From assembly GCA_963682135.1 (NCBI GenBank), contig OY821645.1, forward strand, positions 768,001 to 832,000: a DNA stretch of 64,000 nt, given 5' to 3'. The position numbers and the translations under genes are program-made. This DNA comes from Methanothrix sp. GTDB lineage: Archaea > Halobacteriota > Methanosarcinia > Methanotrichales > Methanotrichaceae. This document shows positions 28,730 through 38,081 of the stretch, in pieces; the stretch's first letter is position 1; each line of letters begins with the position of its first letter. Under the pieces are notes generated by a model, which worked only from the letters and a program-made list of their open reading frames with translations, did no database searches and was not told the origin of the DNA.

Positions 28730-29058
28730 TTTCGTATCCTCACTCTCCCTTCAATCCATTTGTCCTCTGCTGGCCTGTAGACTGTCACAATCTTTATGTG
28801 GTCTCTGCATACGGCAACGGCCACATGGCAAAGTTGCTCACTCATGTCATGTCCAAGCATCAGGGCTTCAGGGCATGGTTTTCGTTCTGGATGTCCTTCT
28901 ATTACGTCTCCATTCATTAATAATTTTATCACATCATCGGGTGATATATCCCTCTCGAACATCCTCTCGCCTGCATGGTTAGAAAATACAATCTTGCCGG
29001 TAGCTGCAAAAAGCCTTATCCTTGCGCACAGATTTAATGACTCCCCGTCTCCACTCAT
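28726..29058 (-). CDS. DUF4258 (RelE-like) putative toxin
   Basis: FSNHAGERMFERDIS...GDVIE.HP...P..L.LG......HV........IVTVYRP...W. Confidence 0.88.
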   Translation of the reverse strand: MSGDGESLNLCARIRLFAATGKIVFSNHAGERMFERDISPDDVIKLLMNGDVIEGHPERKPCPEALMLGHDMSEQLCHVAVAVCRDHIKIVTVYRPAEDKWIEGRVRIRK

Positions 29059-29125
29059 TATTTCGCTACCTCATGGCAGATACTACTATCTCAACTTTTC
29101 TCCCGAGCTGTAATGGTCAGATCGA

Positions 29126-29248
29126 TCATATATAGAAGGCGACAGTCACAGCGGGCGAGCCGCGGGGGATTTCAGGGAGCGGGGGCAGCGGCTCGACGGG
29201 AGTGATGGGGGAGAGGGCGGCGAAAGGAGGAGATATTGGGCTGTTCAC
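29126..29248 (-). pseudogene. csx3: Internally deleted csx3 copy (relic B)
   Basis: GTG-NSPISPPFAALSPITPVEPLPPLPEIPRGS|PAVTVAFYI*; the core (GRAPIW...H) is missing, apparently deleted between ggctcgc microhomologies. Confidence 0.75.
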
Positions 29249-29324
29249 CAGTTTTTATAAATTTGTCAATATCCACCAGTCGGGCCATAGCTACCTGGCT
29301 AAGCTCAAATCACCCCCGGCTCAT

Positions 29325-29606
29325 CTACTTCTCTGCAGGCAGCGTCACATCCACAATCTGGCCCACCTGCCACTCCTGGCTGTGGGTTGCGACAACCACA
29401 GCTCCGAGGCGCGGATCATAGAAGGCGATGGCGGCAGCAGGCGAGGCGTGCAGGCGGTGCAGGGCCATGCCGTAGCGCCAGATGGGAGCCCGTCCCTCCA
29501 CGATGACGAGCGAGCCGCGGGGGATCTCGGGGAGAGAGGGCAGGGGCTCGGAGGGGGTGATGGGTGAGGGGACGGCGATGGAATAGAGGACGGGGGCGGC
29601 GATCAT
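29325..29606 (-). CDS. csx3: CRISPR ring nuclease Csx3 (Crn3), intact
   Basis: IVEGRAPIWRYGMALHRLH...AFYDPRLGAVVVATHS...GQIVDV matches the Csx3 signature (GRxPIW, H, YDPRLGAVVV.SH); overlaps the CARF-nuclease stop codon. Confidence 0.9.
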   Translation of the reverse strand: MIAAPVLYSIAVPSPITPSEPLPSLPEIPRGSLVIVEGRAPIWRYGMALHRLHASPAAAIAFYDPRLGAVVVATHSQEWQVGQIVDVTLPAEK

Positions 29607-30856
29607 CTTGACACCCTCCCACCCAACATGAATATTTCTGATAATTTCTTCACGATCTTTTGGTCGTTATTCAATTTCATCTCTGCGAGTTCCTTAATAT
29701 GCATGCTTGGGATTATAGTGCAATTGTAGAGTTCCGCCCTATCTGAAATAGAATCTTTAATATCATTGCCTTTGAGTACGTTTGGAGAGGTTGTTGCAAG
29801 ATAGGATTTTATGTTGAGTGCACCTAATTGTCTTTTTACAGCTTCCACCTTATAGAGTGTTTCATTGCCTGAAGGATCATGTTTTTGGTCACCGGTCTTG
29901 CATTCAATAAAGCGCAGTGATTGGTTATGCATAAATGCAATGTCCCAGTCGTTCTTCACCTCTTTTTTTGACGCCTTAAAATCCAATTTTTTTCTTGGAT
30001 GAATGCCCAATCGAACGTCAGTAATTCCCAAATCAGGTGAATAATCTGTAAGAATTCCCCAGATAAATTCTTCCAACCAGCCTCCGGTTAAGAATTGCAC
30101 AGCATGACGCTTTAGAAGTCCATTAAGGAGTCCCTCATTATCATTAAGGCTAAATAAACTTGAAATCAGATCTCTAATAATTTCATCTTTTATTTCTAGG
30201 TTGACTAAAGTAATGCCCTTTTCTCTTGCCTTGGATCTGGCTTTCTCTAAGTTATCTCCATAGACCTCATTGAACCTATTATCCAAATCTTTCATTATCT
30301 TATGAGCAATATTAATATTTGCAGAGAGATGGACTGATAAATCAAGCAATTTTCTAGCACGCTCTTCACCTTCCTGGATAACATCCTCTTTCTTGAGATA
30401 GTCAAAGCCGTATCCTGCAAGGAATTCTTTAACTTTCAATTCATATTTCAACTCCATAAGTGAGCCGTCAGAGAAGTCAATAGCCTTTTTTTGAGCAATA
30501 ATCGGAACATAGAGTATTTTTGCATTTCTTCCTTTGAAGAATTCATATGCTGCTATAGACATTGGTTTGGTGCCGCCTGTAATATTAATAGTCCATTCTG
30601 CATCTGGATGTTTTGAAAGAAGCGTCCCAAGCAATTTCTTTGTAGCTTCGATGGAATTCTCTTCTTTAAGCGATTTAATTCTGCAAATCGGCTTCTTTGA
30701 ATGTCCCATTCTCAATGCCCTTATTAAGTTCGAAGCCCCTCTCTTGACTTTCATTCCTGGTGTTTCAAGCAAAATAAGAAGGTCAGGCTCAATTGTATGA
30801 ACCGTTAATAGGTTTGGAACATGCTGATCGCTTATTAGGCACACCATGACCTTCAT
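29603..30856 (-). CDS. CARF + PD-(D/E)xK nuclease effector (Card1/Can2, DUF1887 type)
   Basis: LISDQHVPNLL and NITGGTKPMS (CARF); FLTGGWLEE and NDWDIAF...FIECKTG (nuclease). Confidence 0.85.
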   Translation of the reverse strand: MKVMVCLISDQHVPNLLTVHTIEPDLLILLETPGMKVKRGASNLIRALRMGHSKKPICRIKSLKEENSIEATKKLLGTLLSKHPDAEWTINITGGTKPMSIAAYEFFKGRNAKILYVPIIAQKKAIDFSDGSLMELKYELKVKEFLAGYGFDYLKKEDVIQEGEERARKLLDLSVHLSANINIAHKIMKDLDNRFNEVYGDNLEKARSKAREKGITLVNLEIKDEIIRDLISSLFSLNDNEGLLNGLLKRHAVQFLTGGWLEEFIWGILTDYSPDLGITDVRLGIHPRKKLDFKASKKEVKNDWDIAFMHNQSLRFIECKTGDQKHDPSGNETLYKVEAVKRQLGALNIKSYLATTSPNVLKGNDIKDSISDRAELYNCTIIPSMHIKELAEMKLNNDQKIVKKLSEIFMLGGRVSR

Positions 30857-32007
30857 CTTCTTCCTCTCCCGTCTCTTGGCTTGTGGCTAGTCTCTTTCTT
30901 TGCGCCAATGGCAGCAAAATTATATATGCCCTCCTTTTCCATGACTCCGTTTATCTCCAGCTTTGTCTTTTGGTTGATTTCAACAGATGGCGGTGTTCCG
31001 AGCACTACAAGACCACCAAATCCATCATCTGCCATGAAATAGGATGCATTTCTCTTCTCTTTCGGATCGGGAACTTTTGTGACTTCTATGGTATCGCCTT
31101 TCTTATGCCTCATCATTCGGATTGGCTGTGGCCGGTTCTGTGGATGTGGCTTATCCATGATTGAAGACTCAGCAGCCGAATCCTTGGCCTCTATTGACCT
31201 TCTGCCCGTTTGATCAGAACCTACAGGAATTAACCGTCCATAGCCTGCGTTTGTCTTGCCACCAATGCCCCATTCCTGTAGCGCATCAGAGAGCAGCTCG
31301 AAGACCTTCGTAGCCCAATCATCGCCAATTGGCCCTGAAACGTCGCAAGATACTGCAACCTGGAAGGTTCCCACGATTGATAGAAAAGTTACTGGATTTG
31401 GATCATCAAAGTCCGTCGGCGCAATATTGCCCGTCTCATCAGAGTAGTAATCGCCATGATGCGGTGTCATCACATCAAGCTGAAGCGATCCTTCAAGGCT
31501 ATCGGGAGTGATCCAGGCATCATGGAAGATGATATGCCCTGAGTCCTCGGTCGTTCCGAAGATGGCCTTATGGTATTCACCGCTCAGCTTGAATTTCTCA
31601 TCAGCCGCCCCCCATGCCTGATCACAATAGTGAGCTGCAAGGCCCTTCAGAGCTGAGCCTGGAATCAATGGGGTTCCATAGGTATGGTTCAGGGTAAGCC
31701 CGGTTTCAAGGACATTTTCTCCGCCAAGGCCGATGATCATTCGACCATCTGTGCGATAGAATCCTTTGGACTTCAAATTCCTGAGCGCGTACTCTTGCCT
31801 TTGATAAGCCGCTTCGTAGGTCTCTCTGGACTGAACAAGCGATTGGCGCATCGCCTCAAACAGCTCTCTGCGGGATTGAGGATGGTTTTTCTTGTCTTTT
31901 ACAGCTACGCGGAGAAACCTGTCTCTCAAAAGTCCCGCATTATCGCCATTTTTGTCGAAATCCCACCATGCTGAAATAGCTGATCTGCAAGCTTCGGCCA
32001 TTTTCAT
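30853..32007 (-). CDS. cmr6: Type III-B CRISPR RAMP Cmr6
   Basis: GLGGENVLETGLTL..TYGTPLIPGSALKG, DVMTPHH..YY, PTDFDDPNPV.FL, GIGGKTNAGYG. Confidence 0.95.
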   Translation of the reverse strand: MKMAEACRSAISAWWDFDKNGDNAGLLRDRFLRVAVKDKKNHPQSRRELFEAMRQSLVQSRETYEAAYQRQEYALRNLKSKGFYRTDGRMIIGLGGENVLETGLTLNHTYGTPLIPGSALKGLAAHYCDQAWGAADEKFKLSGEYHKAIFGTTEDSGHIIFHDAWITPDSLEGSLQLDVMTPHHGDYYSDETGNIAPTDFDDPNPVTFLSIVGTFQVAVSCDVSGPIGDDWATKVFELLSDALQEWGIGGKTNAGYGRLIPVGSDQTGRRSIEAKDSAAESSIMDKPHPQNRPQPIRMMRHKKGDTIEVTKVPDPKEKRNASYFMADDGFGGLVVLGTPPSVEINQKTKLEINGVMEKEGIYNFAAIGAKKETSHKPRDGRGRR

Positions 32008-32354
32008 TCCTTCTCCAGAAGAGCCTCAGAATAGCGCTTGAGCCAGCTCGCTGATTCTATTGCCTCTCGGGTGAGCCTTTGATATTTCATTAGGTCCGCG
32101 CTTCTGCTAGTCTTCCCGATATCTTCTGTTTCGCTCATCGTCTTGGTTAGATGAGATATGTAGGCCTCACCTGTTGCTCCCTCCTTAGCCTGCACAAAAG
32201 CGATGGCCTGTGCTAGGCCGCAGTTATGCACTAATGCAGGAAATTTTTTTGCAAGCTGGCTATAATTCTCATCTCCCGCTGATCGGGAATGAACGCAATC
32301 GTAAGCAATCTGCGCCCGTCTCTGCTGTCTGGTCAAGCGAACATTTTCAGCCAT
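32004..32354 (-). CDS. cmr5: Type III-B small subunit Cmr5
   Basis: TRQQRRAQIAY..V...KKFPALVHNCGLAQAIAF...Y..LTREA.....WLKRY; start set at ATG 32354. Confidence 0.92.
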   Translation of the reverse strand: MAENVRLTRQQRRAQIAYDCVHSRSAGDENYSQLAKKFPALVHNCGLAQAIAFVQAKEGATGEAYISHLTKTMSETEDIGKTSRSADLMKYQRLTREAIESASWLKRYSEALLEKE

Positions 32355-32358
32355 GTTC

Positions 32359-33303
32359 TCAGCCTCTCGTGAACTGGCATCTAACTCTGCCCTTGCCCAC
32401 TGTCGCCTTTCCTCCGATCTGCAGCTCCAGCGCTGAGCCGCTACAAAATACATCGAGCAACTTCTCAACCAGTTTTTTCTGATCACCGCCATTGCAGCCA
32501 TATACTCTATCGCACCAGACTATTCCAGCCAAGATGGTCTCGACTGGCAGAGCCTCCTCATACCACAGTGCGCCTTGGGTGACAATCTTCTTTTCGTCCT
32601 CGATCCTGATATGGGCTGAAACCTCAGTTCCAGTCTCCGAGAGGAAATTGAAGCTATTATCTGAAACGATAGCAAAACGCTCCTGGAAGATGCTCTGCCA
32701 TCTGGTATCACCGGAAAAGATTTCTTTCGCAAGCAGCTCAGCCCATTTCTGAGTTAAAGAATTATCCGCTCTGGCCGTAAAGTCAAGATCTTCAAAGAAT
32801 ACCTTGCCATCTGCAGCCAATTTGGTATCTTTCATGTGAAGAGCCTCAGTATCGCTAGCAACAGGAGCTTCGGGTACGTCATTGTATCCAGAATCAACGA
32901 GATCTCTCCTTAGCCTCTCTAGAACCAGGCGACTTGTAACATAAGCAAATGTGCCGTAGAGACTGCGAATGGGAAGGCAGACTATTCTTGCATCGGTAAA
33001 TACAAGGCTGCCTGAGTTCGCGCTGCCATTATCATCGTCGGGCTTGCCAAAGGCGGCATTGATGAGCTTATCAAAAGCTTTTTTCTCTTCTTCTGGTTTT
33101 TCATTCTTCTTTTGATCGAAATAGTCCCTTATCACGCCCTTAGTTGCAGATCCTGGAACCAGAGGCCATCCTGTTACCTTTTCCCTGATAATAGGAAGAT
33201 CTATAAATCCCACACCTCGACCCATGCCAACATGCAGAGGCGTTATTGCCTCTAGCCAGAAAATTTTAGTTGTCAAATATAGCAACTCCTTTCTTCTCTC
33301 CAT
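32359..33303 (-). CDS. cmr4: Type III-B RAMP Cmr4 (target RNA nuclease)
   Basis: TPLHVG.G.....IDLPI.RE (catalytic Asp intact), PGS..KG, GALWYEEALP.ET, QIGGKATVGKG. Confidence 0.95.
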   Translation of the reverse strand: MERRKELLYLTTKIFWLEAITPLHVGMGRGVGFIDLPIIREKVTGWPLVPGSATKGVIRDYFDQKKNEKPEEEKKAFDKLINAAFGKPDDDNGSANSGSLVFTDARIVCLPIRSLYGTFAYVTSRLVLERLRRDLVDSGYNDVPEAPVASDTEALHMKDTKLAADGKVFFEDLDFTARADNSLTQKWAELLAKEIFSGDTRWQSIFQERFAIVSDNSFNFLSETGTEVSAHIRIEDEKKIVTQGALWYEEALPVETILAGIVWCDRVYGCNGGDQKKLVEKLLDVFCSGSALELQIGGKATVGKGRVRCQFTRG

Positions 33304-33309
33304 TTTTGT

Positions 33310-34500
33310 TCAAACATTATGATAATCCCACAATCCCCAAACGGCAAGTCCGAAGCCATCTCGCCGGTCTTGATTATCGTCACAAACTGATCTCAGCCAG
33401 AGGCTTTTAACCAGCTCTTCTGCATCTCCTGACAAGACCTCAAAGAAATAAACTGAGCCTGCAGGAACAAGCCTTCTAATTGCCTTCGGTCCGCGGCTGC
33501 CTTTCTCGAGGCTCCAGCCAGAGATCGGCTTCCAGCGATCGGTGCAGGCGGAGACAAGCTTTAGCTTCAAATCCTTAGGCCAAAAATCAGGCAATTTCCC
33601 TTCCTGCCAACCATCCAGCCATCCTGGCCTCCAGTCACCGGAGAAGATCGCAGGAGTTGCCAATATCATGCGAACTTTTTTCTTACCGGACAGTGCTTTT
33701 GCCACTTCATCAGGGCAGCTCCAGCCTCTATGAGAATTATCCAATTTCCACTGAGCTAATCGGCGTTCGCCGCCTATAGTATGAAATGTTTCGACCATCC
33801 TTTTTGGATATCCAACATCTTTTTCAAATTCTGCTCGTGCAGCCAGTTGAATACCATCTTTTTGATTTTTTATTGATAGATCGAGCCCTATCGTCTCGAA
33901 GAGCATTCTTTCTTTGGACGCACCTCGACTGGGATCTATCCAGATGTGGGTCCGTTGGTCTTTCTGTGGCAAGCTGCAAAAACCATCTCCGTCTTTGACA
34001 TTATCCGGCTCTGGTGGGGCATTAAAAGACTCACCTTTGGAATTTATGAGCCATCTAGTTATCATTTCCATAGACCAAAAGCCTGGGATTCTTGCAGGTT
34101 TGAAGTCCTTTTGCATGCTATCAGGAAGCATTGCAGGAAGAAGGCCTTCAGGCAAATCACATCCTTCTCCATCCTTCAGGTTTGCCGGACGAATTGCATA
34201 GGCTTGACGCTTGCATTTTTCATCCTTTACTAAGATATCCTTTGGTGACGGAATAAAAATCTGCCCTTTTATTAATGGCAGAGGCCCTGAGACCTGAATA
34301 GTCTTTAGCTCTTTAACCCTATTCTCATCGAATGCACCACCATTGATCTTTCCTAGCATTGTTCGAATAGATCCGGAGAGGACTGAGGGATATGGCCAGT
34401 CAAGGGATCTCATCCGAATTCCCTGCCCGACCCCGAATGGTCGCCCATCTCTGGCAATGACAGGATCATGAGGAGTTATGGATAAAAAAACAACATTCAT
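33310..34500 (-). CDS. cmr3: Type III-B Cmr3
   Basis: DPVIARDGRPF, PYPSVLSG, GGERR, LATPAIF..GW.P, VPAGSVYF, GFGL. Confidence 0.94.
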   Translation of the reverse strand: MNVVFLSITPHDPVIARDGRPFGVGQGIRMRSLDWPYPSVLSGSIRTMLGKINGGAFDENRVKELKTIQVSGPLPLIKGQIFIPSPKDILVKDEKCKRQAYAIRPANLKDGEGCDLPEGLLPAMLPDSMQKDFKPARIPGFWSMEMITRWLINSKGESFNAPPEPDNVKDGDGFCSLPQKDQRTHIWIDPSRGASKERMLFETIGLDLSIKNQKDGIQLAARAEFEKDVGYPKRMVETFHTIGGERRLAQWKLDNSHRGWSCPDEVAKALSGKKKVRMILATPAIFSGDWRPGWLDGWQEGKLPDFWPKDLKLKLVSACTDRWKPISGWSLEKGSRGPKAIRRLVPAGSVYFFEVLSGDAEELVKSLWLRSVCDDNQDRRDGFGLAVWGLWDYHNV

Positions 34501-36338
34501 GCAGATTCCTCCTTCTTGATTTGATCACTGATCTGTCTTTTTACCTCTGCTATGCTTCTTGCGAGAACCAGTTCCTCTGCTCGGCGAACAAGATCGTCAT
34601 GGGATGTTACGTCTTTCATTAATTTGTCGATATCTTCTTTGTCGATCTCATTCGCTCCATGGCCTGATCTTTTTTGCCTAAGCAGTCGTTCTACATCTTT
34701 TGGGATCAGGTTCTGGGATACCAAAGCCCAATCTCTGTAATCATCTGCAAGAAGACGCAAGTCGTAAGCTGCTTTATCAGGGAACTTGTCCAACTGATAC
34801 ATCTCGACCCATTCTCCCATCCTTTCGTCCAGCCCGTTCTGGCCTGTTGGTCTCCATCGTTCTCTGATCTTAATCGGATCCCCGCCGCTTCTTGTGTGAA
34901 GATTTACAGATAGGCCATTTCTGTCGGGATATTTGGCTGATTTCTCGGCAGCCCTTCCATATTCAAGAAGATCCTCCAGAGGTTCCATCGAATGACCAAT
35001 GGCGACTCCAACTGACAAAGTTGGTATTTCGCCTCCTAAATCCTTACTAGAATCCTTAAGCAGGTTCTCAAAAGCATCGTGGAGATCTCTTGCAGCTCCA
35101 AGACAATGGTCCACAGGAATAAAAGCTAATACATCATCGCCGCCAGAGTATACCATGCAACCCCGATGGTCATCCTCAACAATCCACCGAGCTTTGATGG
35201 CAAATTTTGCCAGTTGGCCCGAGAACTCTTTGTGCTTCTCTTTTGATTTTATATTGGAAAGGGCCTTTCCCATTTGATCCCCATCGGCGACTAGCATTGC
35301 AAGATATGGACCAGGCTCGCCTAATCTCTTCCAAAGCTCGATCGTCTTCTTTTGAATCAGATCGAGCGTCTTTAAATCGCCTTTGAAAAGACTATCCTCA
35401 TCCGAATCAATTAGAGCATTTTTTAAGACCTCCTTTACTCTGGAAAGACGTGATGGATAGAATATTTGTCCATCGAATGGAAAGTCCTGGTATACCCTTT
35501 TTCCAGTGCCGCTAGAGAAGCTATTAGTTCCTTCGCACAGTATTTTTATTTCGTTAATGATTCGATTGGCGTCCTCATTTTGATCTCCAGCTATCCCTCT
35601 AAGCCATGGATCAAGAGCTACGCGGATTACTGAAGGAAATGCTATTCTTTGGCCACCGAGCCTCTTAGTCAATCCAACAGCACAGAGCTGCTCCCCATCA
35701 TTCAAACGCATCTGGAGAGAGAGTTCTTTTGGAATCGAACGATCTTTTTTGAGAATGCTCTCCCTTGCACCATCAAGCGATGATTTTGGAATGCCCGCCA
35801 GACCTTTTGCGGGTCTGAAATCACGAATGGACTTCCTGCCTGCCAAAAGGCGCATGACTCTTGATCGAGTATCTTGATAGTCATCAGTTAAAGGAGTCCA
35901 GGCAGCATAGAATTCTATGACGTCATCAATCTGATTATCCCAGATCTCTGGATGGATTGCCGCCCCTGCTTTATCCCTTGCCTCTTCGGCATAATGCATC
36001 CATTCCTCTTGAGCAGCAGTCTTTGCCTTTAAATTGAGTTCAGAAGGTTTTAGTTTCATGCCATCAGGCAGCTCTGCCAGAACTACGTTAGCTACATTAA
36101 AGGCATAAATCCTTTTATCAAGTGGCAATTTATAGGAGGATTCAAGGTCAGGATCTCCGCATACCAGCGCAGGAAATATTAGATTTCCTCCAGCTTCAGC
36201 CACCGTTCTGGCAGCTGCTTTGCTTATTTCTGAAAGAAGATGCGATCCGAACCAAAGATCCCTTGTCCTTCTTGCTGCCGAAATGAAGTCCTGAACAGGT
36301 CCGATTGATAGAACGTAAAGATACGAAGTCAAGATCAC
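34497..36338 (-). CDS. cas10: Type III-B Cas10/Cmr2 (no HD domain, intact cyclase palm)
   Basis: IGPVQDFISAARRTRDLWFGS at the N-terminus; ADGDQMG; VYSGGDDVLA. Confidence 0.95.
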   Translation of the reverse strand: MILTSYLYVLSIGPVQDFISAARRTRDLWFGSHLLSEISKAAARTVAEAGGNLIFPALVCGDPDLESSYKLPLDKRIYAFNVANVVLAELPDGMKLKPSELNLKAKTAAQEEWMHYAEEARDKAGAAIHPEIWDNQIDDVIEFYAAWTPLTDDYQDTRSRVMRLLAGRKSIRDFRPAKGLAGIPKSSLDGARESILKKDRSIPKELSLQMRLNDGEQLCAVGLTKRLGGQRIAFPSVIRVALDPWLRGIAGDQNEDANRIINEIKILCEGTNSFSSGTGKRVYQDFPFDGQIFYPSRLSRVKEVLKNALIDSDEDSLFKGDLKTLDLIQKKTIELWKRLGEPGPYLAMLVADGDQMGKALSNIKSKEKHKEFSGQLAKFAIKARWIVEDDHRGCMVYSGGDDVLAFIPVDHCLGAARDLHDAFENLLKDSSKDLGGEIPTLSVGVAIGHSMEPLEDLLEYGRAAEKSAKYPDRNGLSVNLHTRSGGDPIKIRERWRPTGQNGLDERMGEWVEMYQLDKFPDKAAYDLRLLADDYRDWALVSQNLIPKDVERLLRQKRSGHGANEIDKEDIDKLMKDVTSHDDLVRRAEELVLARSIAEVKRQISDQIKKEESA

Positions 36339-37651
36339 ACCTCCCGGAATTTATTCTCTTTAGCAAAGGCGAGGAATCCTTCAATTGCTGAGCCCGATGG
36401 AGAACGTGCGGGCTGACCGGGCCTTGGGCTTCCCAGAGGCGATTGCGGGTAAGCGCTAAGCATCGGATCTCGTATTTTCTTGGACCTGGGGCTTCCAGAT
36501 GCCTTTTTCAGGACGACTTCATCCGGAGAATGCGCCCTTAAGCAGAGAATCATCTGCTGCACCTCTCCGTTTTGACAGACAATAGGCCTTAAAATAATGG
36601 GGCTTGCCATTCTCGTCATCTCCTGGCCATTTACTATCGGATAGAGTTCGGTATCTTTAGGATCATTATGGTCCTTGAAATGGAAGACTATGGGCAGACC
36701 AAGCTCAGCTCTGGGAAATGCATCGTTTGGAATTCCCGGCATTCTGGAATGCTTCGGTTCCCGTTGAGATGTCTCTTTCCTTATCGTTTCTGGCTCGGGC
36801 CATCTTGACCGCCCAGGACGGTTAGGAGCCGTTCCGGGATTTCTGCCAGTATTCTGACCCTGCCTGAATGTCTGCATAAGGCTCACTACGTCATTCCACG
36901 CTTGCATTGCGCTGTTGCTGCTCTTGACAAGCAATGCATCGGGAAGTATTGGCCATTGCCTTGTCTGAGGCAGAACGACGCCGAAGTTTTGAAGACAATC
37001 TTTATACCAGGAGCCGATGCGTGATGCATCTGGAGGAGAAAGTTCATGGCAATAAAGTGCCCCGCAGCCTCTTCTAGCGCGAGCGCCTGCTCCTCCAAAG
37101 TTGGTCCAGGCCCAGACGGCTGCATCCACATCTGCGGAGAGGTTTGCAGGATAAATTAATTTCAACTCAAAGGAGACCTTTGAGGTGCATTCTGCAATGG
37201 CAGTGCCTTCTTTTTTATTTCCCTGGAAAGGAAAGAGCGCGTATCCTGGATGGTTTTCCTTGAATTTGGCGAAATTCTTTCCTTCAGGGATGTGCGCACA
37301 TGGATAGGTTATCCCTTGCGATTTTATTGTGACCTCAACGATCACCTGGCTGGGGTTATCGGTTTTGCCCCAGATTTCACCTTCAGACTGGCGAAGCTCG
37401 GCGACAGAAATGCATTTTGCAGCGCCCCGTGTCATTCTCCAAAAAGACCGTAGGTTTCCTCTGATGCTTGATGGGCGAATGAGTGTCACAAGATCGTTTT
37501 CGCTTGATTCGACACCTCCTCCAAAAATTGGTGTTATCACATCGATGCTATAAACCCTTCGAATCTTGTTCGGCTGGGAATCTATATTTAAAGGTTTTCC
37601 AAAGCATTTTGGAATGCTACGATTCATAGTCACACTCCCTTCAATTTGCAT
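36335..37651 (-). CDS. cmr1: Type III-B RAMP Cmr1
   Basis: ITPIFGGG, IRPSSIRG.LR.FWR, FGGAGARARRGCG, PRAELGLPI.F, RMASP.ILRP. Confidence 0.94.
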   Translation of the reverse strand: MQIEGSVTMNRSIPKCFGKPLNIDSQPNKIRRVYSIDVITPIFGGGVESSENDLVTLIRPSSIRGNLRSFWRMTRGAAKCISVAELRQSEGEIWGKTDNPSQVIVEVTIKSQGITYPCAHIPEGKNFAKFKENHPGYALFPFQGNKKEGTAIAECTSKVSFELKLIYPANLSADVDAAVWAWTNFGGAGARARRGCGALYCHELSPPDASRIGSWYKDCLQNFGVVLPQTRQWPILPDALLVKSSNSAMQAWNDVVSLMQTFRQGQNTGRNPGTAPNRPGRSRWPEPETIRKETSQREPKHSRMPGIPNDAFPRAELGLPIVFHFKDHNDPKDTELYPIVNGQEMTRMASPIILRPIVCQNGEVQQMILCLRAHSPDEVVLKKASGSPRSKKIRDPMLSAYPQSPLGSPRPGQPARSPSGSAIEGFLAFAKENKFREV

Positions 37652-37791
37652 GATTCAAGGCTACTCCACCAACGATCCCATTGCAGCATTAAATTATTCT
37701 CACTCCTCTTTAAGGATCAGATAATTTAGCTTAATATTAGGTGATCCGCAATGTCGTATGCAATTGAAAAAATGGTGCATTTTTTCTCATT

Positions 37792-37959
37792 CTAATGCAC
37801 CACTATGGAAACATGTACGGATATATCAATAGGCTTTGCAAGATTGGCCAAAAAAATAACGTTAAGCATAAACGCTAAAAACCCATTCAAGTATTTAGCG
37901 ATGGCCGATCGAGTCTCAAATTCGTTATGTATTCTATTGTTTTGTTTTTTCCTTTTCAT
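37792..37959 (-). CDS. Unannotated 55-aa basic/hydrophobic peptide (candidate toxin or leader ORF)
   Basis: SD-like AAGGTGA 4 nt before ATG; MKRKKQNNRIHNEFETRSAIAKYLNGFLAFMLNVIFLANLAKPIDISVHVSIVVH*; upstream TTATATA box at 38021-38027 (-). Confidence 0.6.
   Translation of the reverse strand: MKRKKQNNRIHNEFETRSAIAKYLNGFLAFMLNVIFLANLAKPIDISVHVSIVVH
37900..37925. promoter_or_regulatory. Target site of the adjacent crRNA-like spacer
   Basis: gatggccgatcgagtctcaaattcgt (+) matches the - strand of 38093-38118 at 24/26 nt. Confidence 0.8.
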
Positions 37960-38081
37960 GCTATCACCTTTAGGGCAGCTTTTAATTAGGCCCTATAATT
38001 GATTATTATCGAGTTCCTAGTATATAACAATTTTGCATAACTGTAGTGATCAAGCCAAATTAATATATGCATGCCTTTAAG

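Noticed and set aside
27030-29606. GC-rich repeats as a CRISPR array, attC sites or MITEs
   Set aside because: They translate to Csx3 motifs, have irregular length and spacing, and lack terminal IRs or R'/R'' boxes
37805-38002. 65-aa + strand ORF spanning the spacer target
   Set aside because: No evident SD, and same sense as the guide so it could not be an RNA target; the - strand 55-aa ORF has an SD and TATA box and is preferred
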